Assembly (NCBI GenBank): GCA_965219095.1
Contig: CBDCMT010000001.1
Location: 928,001 to 992,000 of the forward strand
From: Bdellovibrionales bacterium
Lineage (GTDB): Bacteria > Bdellovibrionota > Bdellovibrionia > Bdellovibrionales > UBA1609
Length of the DNA: 64,000 nt
Direction: 5' to 3'
Below, one piece after another: positions 20,085 to 28,518 of the stretch; position 1 is the stretch's first letter, and every line of letters starts with the position of its first letter. Both the position numbers and the translations under genes were made by a program. Below the pieces are notes generated by a model. It worked only from the letters and a program-made list of their open reading frames with translations. It was not told where the DNA came from and did not search any database.

Positions 20085-20786
20085 CTAATAAAAACTCTTT
20101 ACAAGAGCGTCTGTTAACAAAGACCATCCATCAACAAATAAAAACAACATAATTTTTAAAGGTAAAGAAATAGTAAAAGGTGATAAAGCCATCATACCCA
20201 TAGACATAAGGAGTCCTGCCACAACTAAGTCAATAATAAGAAAAGGTATGTAAATGATAAAACCTATTTGAAATGCGGTTTTCAATTCAGAAAGGACAAA
20301 GGCTGGCAGTAAAGCCATATTTTTTTCTTCTTGATCTTGTTTTTTACTTAGTTTTTGAAACAATTGAAGGTCTTGTGGTCTTGTTTGATTCAGCATAAAA
20401 GCTTTCAGAGGCTTAAAGCCTTCCTCTAAAGCTTCTTTTTGAGAAATTTTTTCTTCAGCATAAGGTTGGAGGCTTTTGTTATAGATTTTTTCAAAAGAAG
20501 ATGACATGATGAAAAATGTGAGAAGCAAGGACAAACCTATAAGAAGCTGGTAAGGTAAAAGTTGGGAAAGACCTAAAGCTTGTCTTAAAAAAGAAAAGAT
20601 AATAATAAGGCGGGTAAAGCTTGTCATCATAATTAAAGCAATAGGTATGAGGGCTATCGCTACAAAGTTCATAACAACCTTTAAAGAACCTGCTATATCT
20701 TGGGAGTGATCGAGAAAAGAAATCAAATCCCCAGCCCAGGAGGTCAAAGGAAAAAACAGAAAAAGTAGAAGTAATTTTATTTTCAA
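20085..20786 (-). CDS. fliP: Flagellar export gate FliP
   Basis: MMTSFTRLIIIFSFLRQALG, PAFVLSELKTAFQIGF, ISLPLKIMLFLFVDGW. Confidence 0.96.
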   Translation of the reverse strand: MKIKLLLLFLFFPLTSWAGDLISFLDHSQDIAGSLKVVMNFVAIALIPIALIMMTSFTRLIIIFSFLRQALGLSQLLPYQLLIGLSLLLTFFIMSSSFEKIYNKSLQPYAEEKISQKEALEEGFKPLKAFMLNQTRPQDLQLFQKLSKKQDQEEKNMALLPAFVLSELKTAFQIGFIIYIPFLIIDLVVAGLLMSMGMMALSPFTISLPLKIMLFLFVDGWSLLTDALVKSFY

Positions 20787-20787
20787 T

Positions 20788-21744
20788 TCAAGACACCTCT
20801 TCTGTAAATTTCAGCTCACTGTATTTATGAGGAGCTACTTCACAAGATGTCTGTTCTTTTTGAGTGTGATTTTTTAAAGGGCTTTGAGAGGGAAGTTTTT
20901 TAAGAAAAGATATATTATAGTCAGTAATTCCTAAAAGTAAAAACTCATCACCAATCTTCACAATAGATAAACTTTTTTTAGTACCTAAATAGTGCTGGTG
21001 GATGATTTCCATAGAGTAATTTTTGTTTTTGAAAAGAGGAGGGGTAAAAACATTCTTTTTTTTCCAAAATAAGAGCAAAAGCGTTCCTAAGAGAAGAAAA
21101 GATAAGAGTCCAAAAAACTTAGACAAAAAAGAAGATTGCTTATGGTTTAAACTTTCAAGTTTTGAAGGTTTTTTTAGCTGTAAGGCTTTCTGTGATGAAA
21201 ACTCTTGTGAGGGGTTTTTTTTTGAAAGGACTTTTTTTCTGAACTTCTGACTGTTCTTTGTTGTTTTCCTAAACTTTGATTCCCCCGTTCTTTTTAAACC
21301 CTTTGTTGTAGCTAAAAGAGGTGCTGTAAAAGAACGGTTTGCACCTTGTTTAATAGCTATACGGAGCATATGAGAGCTAAAAGACAGATTGACTTTTCCT
21401 GAAAAATCTTTCGCTTGGAACTTTTTTTGATAAATGATCCGAGTCCTTAATATTTTTTTATTGAATTGATAAATATAAATACTTTTTACTTTGTCATTTT
21501 TTATTTTTTTTACAAACGGCTTCTTTAAGAAACCTCCAGGAATGTTTACCTGAACAGTCTGGTTAATGTAATCTACAGAAACTTTTTCAAAGTCTATGGT
21601 GTTATCGAAAATAAGCTCAGTAATAAACCAGTCTTTTTCTTGATAGGAATAAAAGTCTTCAAGATAGGATGTTTCCAAAAGAGAGGCACTTGACAAGGGA
21701 AAGTAGAAAAAGACTCCTAAAAAATATATGATGAATTTAAACAT
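20788..21744 (-). CDS. fliO: FliO/FliZ-like flagellar biosynthesis protein with extended periplasmic N-terminus
   Basis: C-terminal TM then IIHQHYLGTKKSLSIVKIGDEFLLLGITDYNISFL. Confidence 0.8.
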   Translation of the reverse strand: MFKFIIYFLGVFFYFPLSSASLLETSYLEDFYSYQEKDWFITELIFDNTIDFEKVSVDYINQTVQVNIPGGFLKKPFVKKIKNDKVKSIYIYQFNKKILRTRIIYQKKFQAKDFSGKVNLSFSSHMLRIAIKQGANRSFTAPLLATTKGLKRTGESKFRKTTKNSQKFRKKVLSKKNPSQEFSSQKALQLKKPSKLESLNHKQSSFLSKFFGLLSFLLLGTLLLLFWKKKNVFTPPLFKNKNYSMEIIHQHYLGTKKSLSIVKIGDEFLLLGITDYNISFLKKLPSQSPLKNHTQKEQTSCEVAPHKYSELKFTEEVS

Positions 21745-21770
21745 AAGCCCTCCTAGCTTTATTGGTTGTA

Positions 21771-22352
21771 TTAAATTCTCTTAAAATTTTTCAAATAAAC
21801 TTGAACAATTTCTCCTTTTGTTAGAAACTGATTTAATCGTGTTTTTATTTTATCCTGTATGAGGTTGACTTTTCTTTCATTAGAAAAATCTGAAAAATCT
21901 GTTTTAGATAACATCATGAGAGAAAATTTTCTTATTTGGTTTTCTGTATTTTTAACCTCTTTTTTAGCAGAATCTTGATTTAAATAAAACTCTACATCCA
22001 AACGGGCTATTTTTTTTCCTGATGAGGAGTTTAAATGTAGTAAAAAATCAGACAACTCAAGTTTAGGACCCTTATGATGAAGTATGATAAAATCTTTCCT
22101 CAAAATTTGATCCGTAATGACAAGTTGCTCATAAGACACCGATCGATTCCACTGAAAGTAAGTTAAAATTAGAAACACAACAATGACTTGAGAGCTTAAG
22201 AAAAGAGAGAGCTTTTTTTTGTTCTCTGAATCGGATTTATTCTCTGAAGGGATGTTGTAGCCAGACTTATAAGCTTCTAGCTTAGAAGCTGTATTATGAC
22301 ACTCCACTTTATAAGCACAGTTATGGTTTTTTTTCATACACTCAAACCTCAA
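21771..22352 (-). CDS. fliL: FliL-like basal-body protein (start uncertain)
   Basis: TM then F.L.L..., QIR....MLS, I..RLNQFLTKGEIVQVY..NF; heads the operon. Confidence 0.7.
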   Translation of the reverse strand: MRFECMKKNHNCAYKVECHNTASKLEAYKSGYNIPSENKSDSENKKKLSLFLSSQVIVVFLILTYFQWNRSVSYEQLVITDQILRKDFIILHHKGPKLELSDFLLHLNSSSGKKIARLDVEFYLNQDSAKKEVKNTENQIRKFSLMMLSKTDFSDFSNERKVNLIQDKIKTRLNQFLTKGEIVQVYLKNFKRI

Positions 22353-22392
22353 TACTTCATTTTACTCTCCGTAGAGAAGAACTACCATAGAG

Positions 22393-22420
22393 CTTTCGGA
22401 CAAAATGCTTGATTTCTTTA
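22393..22420 (-). promoter_or_regulatory. Candidate sigma28 promoter upstream of fliL (TAAA-N16-TCCGAAAG)
   Basis: Partial match to the FliA consensus. Confidence 0.4.
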
Positions 22421-22513
22421 CAAAAACAGTCTCTTTGTCTTATTAAAATAGACTTTTGTGCCCGCTGTCTTAATTTTGACAAGCTTTCCTAATCAAGCTA
22501 TACTTTAGTCCTA

Positions 22514-22990
22514 GTGTTGATTCAAAAGACGTTTTTACATTTTCTTTTTCTCCTTTTTTTCTTTTTTTGTTCTTTTTGTCTAGGAGTGTACTGGAGGGAG
22601 CTTGTTCGACCCTCTCAAGCCACCTCATCTAAATCATATCCCCCCCAGTTGCAACAAAAGTTTAGCTCTTCTAAAACTAGGGCAGGTTTCTCAAAATTGC
22701 AAAAAAAATCAAAACCTCAAACCCATTCTCTTCAAAAGAAAAAAAACTATACCCTGCAAATAGCCTCTTATAGGGATGAAAGAGATGCTGTTTACCACAG
22801 TCTTTCGCTAAAGTCTCAAGGCTATACAGCGTTTTATAGAAAAGCCCTTATACGAAAAAAAACATGGTATCGTGTGTTTATGGGTTTGTTTGACCATTAC
22901 CAAGAAGCACGCACTTTTAAAAACAAACTTATAAGGAAAAATAAATTAAAGGAGGCTTTTGTTTTTAAACTTCATGAACCATCACTCTAA
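22514..22990 (+). CDS. SPOR domain protein
   Basis: N-terminal TM; YTLQIASY, WYRVFMGLF. Confidence 0.85.
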   Translation: MLIQKTFLHFLFLLFFFFCSFCLGVYWRELVRPSQATSSKSYPPQLQQKFSSSKTRAGFSKLQKKSKPQTHSLQKKKNYTLQIASYRDERDAVYHSLSLKSQGYTAFYRKALIRKKTWYRVFMGLFDHYQEARTFKNKLIRKNKLKEAFVFKLHEPSL

Positions 22991-25256
22991 AAGCCTTTTT
23001 TTCGAAAACAAACTCAATTTAGCCCAAAACCAAGCTGTCTCTTGCATTGATGGCCCCCTTCTTGTTTTAGCAGGGGCTGGTTCAGGAAAAACAAGGGTTC
23101 TGACTTATCGTATGGCGGAAATCATCCTTAGGAAAAAAGCCTCTCCTACTGAGATTCTATGTGTCACTTTCACCAACAAGGCCGCAGAAGAGATGAAACT
23201 TAGAATTGAAAGTATTTTATCTGGCTTAGAGCTCAATTTACGTCAAAATCTCTGGGTGAGTACTTTTCACTCTTTTTGTTTTCGCATCCTACGGCAAACC
23301 ATTCACCTTATAGGCTATGATTCTAACTTTTTAATCTATGACCAAGCTGATCAGTTGAATCTTATTAAAACCTGCATGAAAGAATTAAGGATAAACACCC
23401 AAACCTTAGACCCTAAAAAAGTTCAAAGTTCATTACAAAAAGTAAAAAATTTAGGTCTGTCGCCTTCTTCAGGGCAGCTTTCCTATTTTATGAGCCACAG
23501 AGAAAAAATCGTTTATAACCTCTACGAACAGAAGCTCAAAGAATCACAAGCACTGGATTTTAATGACTTGTTGTTAAAGACTTATGAAGTCTTTAACAAA
23601 AGCCCCCAAACCTTAGAACACTATCAAAACCATTTTCTTTATATTATGGTTGACGAGTACCAAGATACAAATGCCATTCAATATAATTTACTCAAACAAT
23701 TAGCCCAAAAAAATAAGAACATCTGTGCTGTAGGAGATGAAGATCAATCAATTTACAGCTGGAGAGGTGCTGATTACTCTAACATCACAAATTTTAAAAG
23801 AGACTTTAGAGGAACAAAGACCATAAAGCTAGAGGAAAACTACAGGTCTTCTAAAAACATTGTAAGTGCTGCTAATGGCTTGATCTCTAAAAACAAAAAA
23901 AGAAGTGCTAAAACTCTATTCACTCATAATCCAGAAGGAGAAAAAATTCTTCTCTTTAATTTAAAAAATGAATACGATGAAGCCCGGTTTATTGCAGAGA
24001 CCATCTCTCAAGAAATACAATTCAGATCTTTAGATGAAGTTGCCATTTTTTACAGAACAAATGCTCAGTCAAGAACTTTAGAAGAAGAACTTAGGAGACA
24101 CGACTTAAAGTATAAAATTGTAGGTGGTATGAAGTTTTATCAAAGAAAAGAAATTAAAGATCTTTTAGCTTACTTGAGACTGATTGTAAATTCCAAAGAC
24201 AACATGGCCTTTCAGAGAATCATCAATACTCCTATAAGAGGTCTTGGAAAAACAACAATTAATAAACTAGAGGATTTTTCTTTAGAAAATTCTAAATCAT
24301 TCTACGAAGCTATCCCTATTTGCTTGGAAACAGATCTTTTTAACTCAAGTATAAAGAAAAAGCTTTTAGATTTTTATAAATTGATAGCTGACTTAAGAAA
24401 ATTTTCCTTATCTCACTCTCCTAAAAACGTTTACACGAAAGTGTTAAACCAAACAGAGTACATAGAAATTTTAAAGAAAAAGAATCCCTTAGAAGCAGAA
24501 AACAAATCTGAAAATCTAGAAGCTTTCTATAATGCTTTAGAAGCTTTTGAAAAAAAGCATAAAAGAAAAGCAAAAATTGAGCTCTTTTTAGAAGAGTTGT
24601 CTTTGAGCTCCGATTCAGAAGATGAAGAACAACACTCTTCTGACTGTGTTCATTTAATGACTTTACATGCTTCAAAGGGTTTAGAATTTCCAGTTGTATT
24701 TATCATAGGTTGTAATGAAAACCTACTCCCTTCGTCACAATCCACCCAATCATCTCAACTTTTAGAAGAAGAAAGAAGGCTTTTTTATGTCGGAATGACA
24801 AGAGCAAAAGAAAAGCTCTATCTTTCCTACTCCCATACAAGAAAAAACTGGGGTGTAGAGGTTCATTATTTGTCTAGTCGGTTTTTAAGTGACTTGCCTG
24901 ATGATTACATAGAGTGCTTTAACAAAACATCTTATAACATGTTCTCAAAAAAACATAAAAAACCTAATAGCCAAAAACTATGGAAAGCCCCTCTTCCCTA
25001 TAACAAATCTAATAACTACAAAATAGATAAAACCATTCAAGACAGCAGGCATAAAGACGATTGGATTCAAACAAGACCAGAAGAAGAACCCTATTATCTG
25101 TGGAAAAAAGGCATGAAAGTCCTTCACCCTCAATTTGGAAAAGGTACAATTTTTAAAATCGAAGGAAAAGGCAATTCAGAAAAACTGAGCATTTCCTTTG
25201 AAGATCACAGGACAAAAAAATTTATATCTAAATACGTAAAGCTTCAAAGACTTTAA
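22959..25256 (+). CDS. uvrD: UvrD/PcrA DNA helicase
   Basis: AGAGSGKT, TFTNKAA, DEYQDTN, VGDEDQSIYSWRGA, MTLHASKGLEF, EERRLFYVGMTRA. Confidence 0.95.
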   Translation: MFLNFMNHHSKSLFFENKLNLAQNQAVSCIDGPLLVLAGAGSGKTRVLTYRMAEIILRKKASPTEILCVTFTNKAAEEMKLRIESILSGLELNLRQNLWVSTFHSFCFRILRQTIHLIGYDSNFLIYDQADQLNLIKTCMKELRINTQTLDPKKVQSSLQKVKNLGLSPSSGQLSYFMSHREKIVYNLYEQKLKESQALDFNDLLLKTYEVFNKSPQTLEHYQNHFLYIMVDEYQDTNAIQYNLLKQLAQKNKNICAVGDEDQSIYSWRGADYSNITNFKRDFRGTKTIKLEENYRSSKNIVSAANGLISKNKKRSAKTLFTHNPEGEKILLFNLKNEYDEARFIAETISQEIQFRSLDEVAIFYRTNAQSRTLEEELRRHDLKYKIVGGMKFYQRKEIKDLLAYLRLIVNSKDNMAFQRIINTPIRGLGKTTINKLEDFSLENSKSFYEAIPICLETDLFNSSIKKKLLDFYKLIADLRKFSLSHSPKNVYTKVLNQTEYIEILKKKNPLEAENKSENLEAFYNALEAFEKKHKRKAKIELFLEELSLSSDSEDEEQHSSDCVHLMTLHASKGLEFPVVFIIGCNENLLPSSQSTQSSQLLEEERRLFYVGMTRAKEKLYLSYSHTRKNWGVEVHYLSSRFLSDLPDDYIECFNKTSYNMFSKKHKKPNSQKLWKAPLPYNKSNNYKIDKTIQDSRHKDDWIQTRPEEEPYYLWKKGMKVLHPQFGKGTIFKIEGKGNSEKLSISFEDHRTKKFISKYVKLQRL

Positions 25257-25498
25257 CAAAACAAAAAGGGAACAAAATTTTGTCATTTTGATCTTAAAAA
25301 ATCAAGCTACCTAACCCTTTGAAATTTAAGACAAAATAAAACAGTAGCAAAAAACTGTTTTACTTTTTAACAACTGATCATATTTTTTACATGTCCTTTT
25401 TCTTGTTTTTCATCAATCATTTCAATAAGTTAAAAATTCTATGGATTTTTTATTTTTTGGCCTTATTTTTGAAGTTCTTAAAAGTAAAGGAGGTTTTT

Positions 25499-26545
25499 AT
25501 GAAAAAATCAAGTCCCATATTTTTAAGCCTTATGACTTTAGTAGCTTTTAACCTATGGTTGGAGCAAACCCCTACAGGAGGAACTGAAATGTTCTCTGAA
25601 TCTGAATGTCCTGAAGAGAATACCTTCACTTCAGAAGACGGAAGGAAATTGTGTTGGGATCCAACTCTAGAACAAGCTACTACGTGTACAGACTGTACAA
25701 ACGCAAAATCGTCAGTTAGGATCAGAGGAGGAATACTTCTTCGCAAAGGAGAGTATTTTACACCCTTTGATGAAGATAAAGTAAATTATGAAGAAATTTG
25801 GCCTGATAAACTTGAAGCCTGTTTTGAAGAAGACTTTTCCGAAGAAGCTAAAAGAACACTTATTAGCCTTTCTAGAATTAATGACGAAAGCCTATCGAGT
25901 AAAAAAGAGGAGTACAAAAAACAACTAGAAAACATCGAAGAGACCTTGAGGGAAGCAAAAAGAGAGGAAGTAAAGAACTTTGATTTCTTTGACGATACAG
26001 AAGATGATAGCTTTAAAGAGAAAGGGAGTGAAATTTGTGCAGGACAAATTGTGCATCTTATGAGTAAAAAAACAGTTGATTGGACTAAAAATCAAAGGTG
26101 GATCAAGGCTCTAAAGACAAAATTTTATAATATTTCTAAGCTTCATAATTTTGCAAAAAAGGTAAGTAAAGAAAAAATAGCTCTTAGTAAAATTAAAGAT
26201 ATTAAAGGCTACATAAATCAAAGGTCTAAGATAGATCAAATAGAAAAAGAACTCTATCAAATCTTTGTTAAAACAGAGGGTAAAGATTTCAAAGATGATT
26301 CTTTTAAAAGTCTTATTTCACAGGTAAAAGAAAATATTAATGATGGCATGATTAGACTTAAAGATGATCTTTTCCACAATAGGTGGGGAAATAATGGAAA
26401 TAGGCGGGAAAATAATGGGAATAGGCGGGAAAATAATGGGAATAGGCGGGAAAATAATGGGAATAGGCGGGAAAATAATAGGAATGAAAACAACTCTAAT
26501 AACCTTTCTCCTATATCTCGCCCTAATAATTTGAGGCCTTTGTGA
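25499..26545 (+). CDS. Exported hypothetical protein with C-terminal NNGNRRE repeats
   Basis: AGGAGG RBS before MKKSSPIF at 25499 (track start 25391); leader, CxxC, coiled-coil-like segment. Confidence 0.65.
   Translation: MKKSSPIFLSLMTLVAFNLWLEQTPTGGTEMFSESECPEENTFTSEDGRKLCWDPTLEQATTCTDCTNAKSSVRIRGGILLRKGEYFTPFDEDKVNYEEIWPDKLEACFEEDFSEEAKRTLISLSRINDESLSSKKEEYKKQLENIEETLREAKREEVKNFDFFDDTEDDSFKEKGSEICAGQIVHLMSKKTVDWTKNQRWIKALKTKFYNISKLHNFAKKVSKEKIALSKIKDIKGYINQRSKIDQIEKELYQIFVKTEGKDFKDDSFKSLISQVKENINDGMIRLKDDLFHNRWGNNGNRRENNGNRRENNGNRRENNGNRRENNRNENNSNNLSPISRPNNLRPL
26378..26482 (+). repeat. 21-bp tandem repeat x5 (AATAGGCGGGAAAATAATGGG)
   Basis: Directly visible; encodes NRRENNG. Confidence 0.9.
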
Positions 26546-26586
26546 CCAGTCGGCCAACCAACCTCATTAACAAAATTGGCTATGGG

Positions 26587-27963
26587 CTAAAAGCTCATAG
26601 CCAAACGAGTTCCCATACCCCAAGTGTTGTTTTTTCCTCCTAAAGCAGATCCTGAAAACAAATAAGCTCCTTCAAAAATCCACTTAAACGAAGCTACAGG
26701 TTGATAAGTGAGCGACACATCCAATTCATAACCTAAAGTAGAACCTCTATTTAAAAGCTCTCTTCTTGCAAACGCAGCCACAAACGTACTCTGAAGGCTC
26801 CAATTCTGCTTCCATCTAAATTGAACACTAGGAGCTAAAAAATAAGCATTTGTAAGAGTCTCTCCTTCCAAAAACTCTGTACGACGAGACTGACCTTCCT
26901 CTGTTTTAGGATAAAAAAGATCAGTTCCCAAAGCATCACCTTCTCCTAAAGGTTGGTTAAATAAAATGTAAGCTACATTATAGTTGCGATCTAGAAAATA
27001 GCCCTCATAAAGATTTTCTGTACTAGGGTCGTCTCCGGAAACAACTCCTCCTTTGAGGAGATATGTGAATAAAGAGTGCTTACGAGGTATAAATTTCATG
27101 TCTCCTATTACAGCAAAACTTTTAAAATTGACAATTTGTGTTCCAGCCAAGAGGCCTGAAGAACCCCTATGAAAGGCTCCTTCAACAGCCCATTCAAACC
27201 TTTTAAGTTTCTTTTTAGCATAAAGATTCCATAGTTTAGAACTCACACCTTGATCGCTCCTACTTTCTCCAATACTGCCGGTAGGTAAATCATTAGCCTG
27301 AGCTGAACCTGTACGAGACTGGTAATAAAAGCCTGTTTCAATTCCTTTTTCATAGCTATGATAAAAGACTTTGAAATTCCTTTCAGAAAGATCATCAGCT
27401 TCACTACTTTTTCCTTCAGAGAACTTGCTGTAACCAAAAAAGACAGATAAATTACCAAAATGAGTCTCGTAAGAGATCATATCTCTTGTATCGTACCAGT
27501 GATCAAACTCGCTGTAACCACTATTATGAGTGATCCCTAAACCAAAATGAAGAGGGATTCTTCCTACACGAAGAATTCCATAACGGTGAGAGAAGGTAGC
27601 ATACAGGTCACCTACTTGAAGTAGGCCTGAGTTTTGAGTCTGGGAGAGGAGATTAGAATCAAAAAAACTCCCTCCCCCTGAGCCGCTCCCTAAAAATTGG
27701 CCTAATTGGTTGTTTTTATTTACGCAATGATCTTTGTCACAGTTTAAAATATGAAATCTCCCTTGAACTGAAACTCCATCTCTTAAAATTAAAGTAGGCC
27801 TTAACACTAAATGATGAAGAGCGTACTTTCTACCTTTTGTTTTTCCACTTAAGCTGAGATCAGAAAAAGAACCGTATTCAAAGCGATAAACACCTTTCCA
27901 GTTAAACAAATTAGCGTAAGTTGGCAAATTTATGAATATTATGAGAATCAAATATTTTTTCAT
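26587..27963 (-). CDS. Outer-membrane beta-barrel protein
   Basis: Signal peptide, GRIPLHFGLG, LGYELDVSLTY, amphipathic strands, terminal Phe. Confidence 0.7.
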   Translation of the reverse strand: MKKYLILIIFINLPTYANLFNWKGVYRFEYGSFSDLSLSGKTKGRKYALHHLVLRPTLILRDGVSVQGRFHILNCDKDHCVNKNNQLGQFLGSGSGGGSFFDSNLLSQTQNSGLLQVGDLYATFSHRYGILRVGRIPLHFGLGITHNSGYSEFDHWYDTRDMISYETHFGNLSVFFGYSKFSEGKSSEADDLSERNFKVFYHSYEKGIETGFYYQSRTGSAQANDLPTGSIGESRSDQGVSSKLWNLYAKKKLKRFEWAVEGAFHRGSSGLLAGTQIVNFKSFAVIGDMKFIPRKHSLFTYLLKGGVVSGDDPSTENLYEGYFLDRNYNVAYILFNQPLGEGDALGTDLFYPKTEEGQSRRTEFLEGETLTNAYFLAPSVQFRWKQNWSLQSTFVAAFARRELLNRGSTLGYELDVSLTYQPVASFKWIFEGAYLFSGSALGGKNNTWGMGTRLAMSF

Positions 27964-28235
27964 GATTGTCCTTTCCTTATGAGCTCTTCTTCATAATATT
28001 TATAATAAAGTACATTCCATTCCTCTGAACCTTCTATAACATTTCTTTTTAAAGAGCGGATTTTATTTTCTACATTTTGATCTATTTTTTTACACAAAAA
28101 GACAAACTCTTCTACCCCTTTTAAAGCCCATCTCCTTACCTCTTCTTGATTGCTGGATTTAATCATACCCTGCTTCAAAAACTCATTAACCAGTAAATAA
28201 GCTAAACTTTTTTGACGATCTACGGAAAGGTTCAT
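27960..28235 (-). CDS. DUF507-like small protein
   Basis: KIRSLKRNVIEGSEEWNVLYYKYYEEEL. Confidence 0.7.
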   Translation of the reverse strand: MNLSVDRQKSLAYLLVNEFLKQGMIKSSNQEEVRRWALKGVEEFVFLCKKIDQNVENKIRSLKRNVIEGSEEWNVLYYKYYEEELIRKGQS

Positions 28236-28498
28236 AAAATAAAACCTTTCTTCTCAGCTAATTTCCTTTTTAGCATAGGAAACATTTTGTGTCTTTCAAA
28301 AGATTGGGTTTGTTCTAACTGATCCATCAAAAGATAAACTTCTTCATCCAAACGCTTTTCTTGATCAAAGTCAGTGCGTATGAGAGAACAGCCTTTTTTA
28401 ATAAGGTCTTCTCTAGGCACTTCGTAGGAAATAAGTTTTCGTTCCTCGAGAGTATTTAAAACCATATTCACTAAACACTCGATTTGCTTTTCTCTCAT
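28232..28498 (-). CDS. DUF507-like small protein (tandem paralogue)
   Basis: E..LDEEV, KMFPMLKRKLAEKKGFIL; likely start MREKQ at 28498. Confidence 0.65.
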   Translation of the reverse strand: MREKQIECLVNMVLNTLEERKLISYEVPREDLIKKGCSLIRTDFDQEKRLDEEVYLLMDQLEQTQSFERHKMFPMLKRKLAEKKGFIL

Positions 28499-28518
28499 AC
28501 TTTTGACTAAAAAAACTC

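Noticed and set aside
26257..26557. Antisense repeat ORFs (FPLFSRL, IIFPPIP)
   Set aside because: Shadows of the 21-bp repeat on the opposite strand
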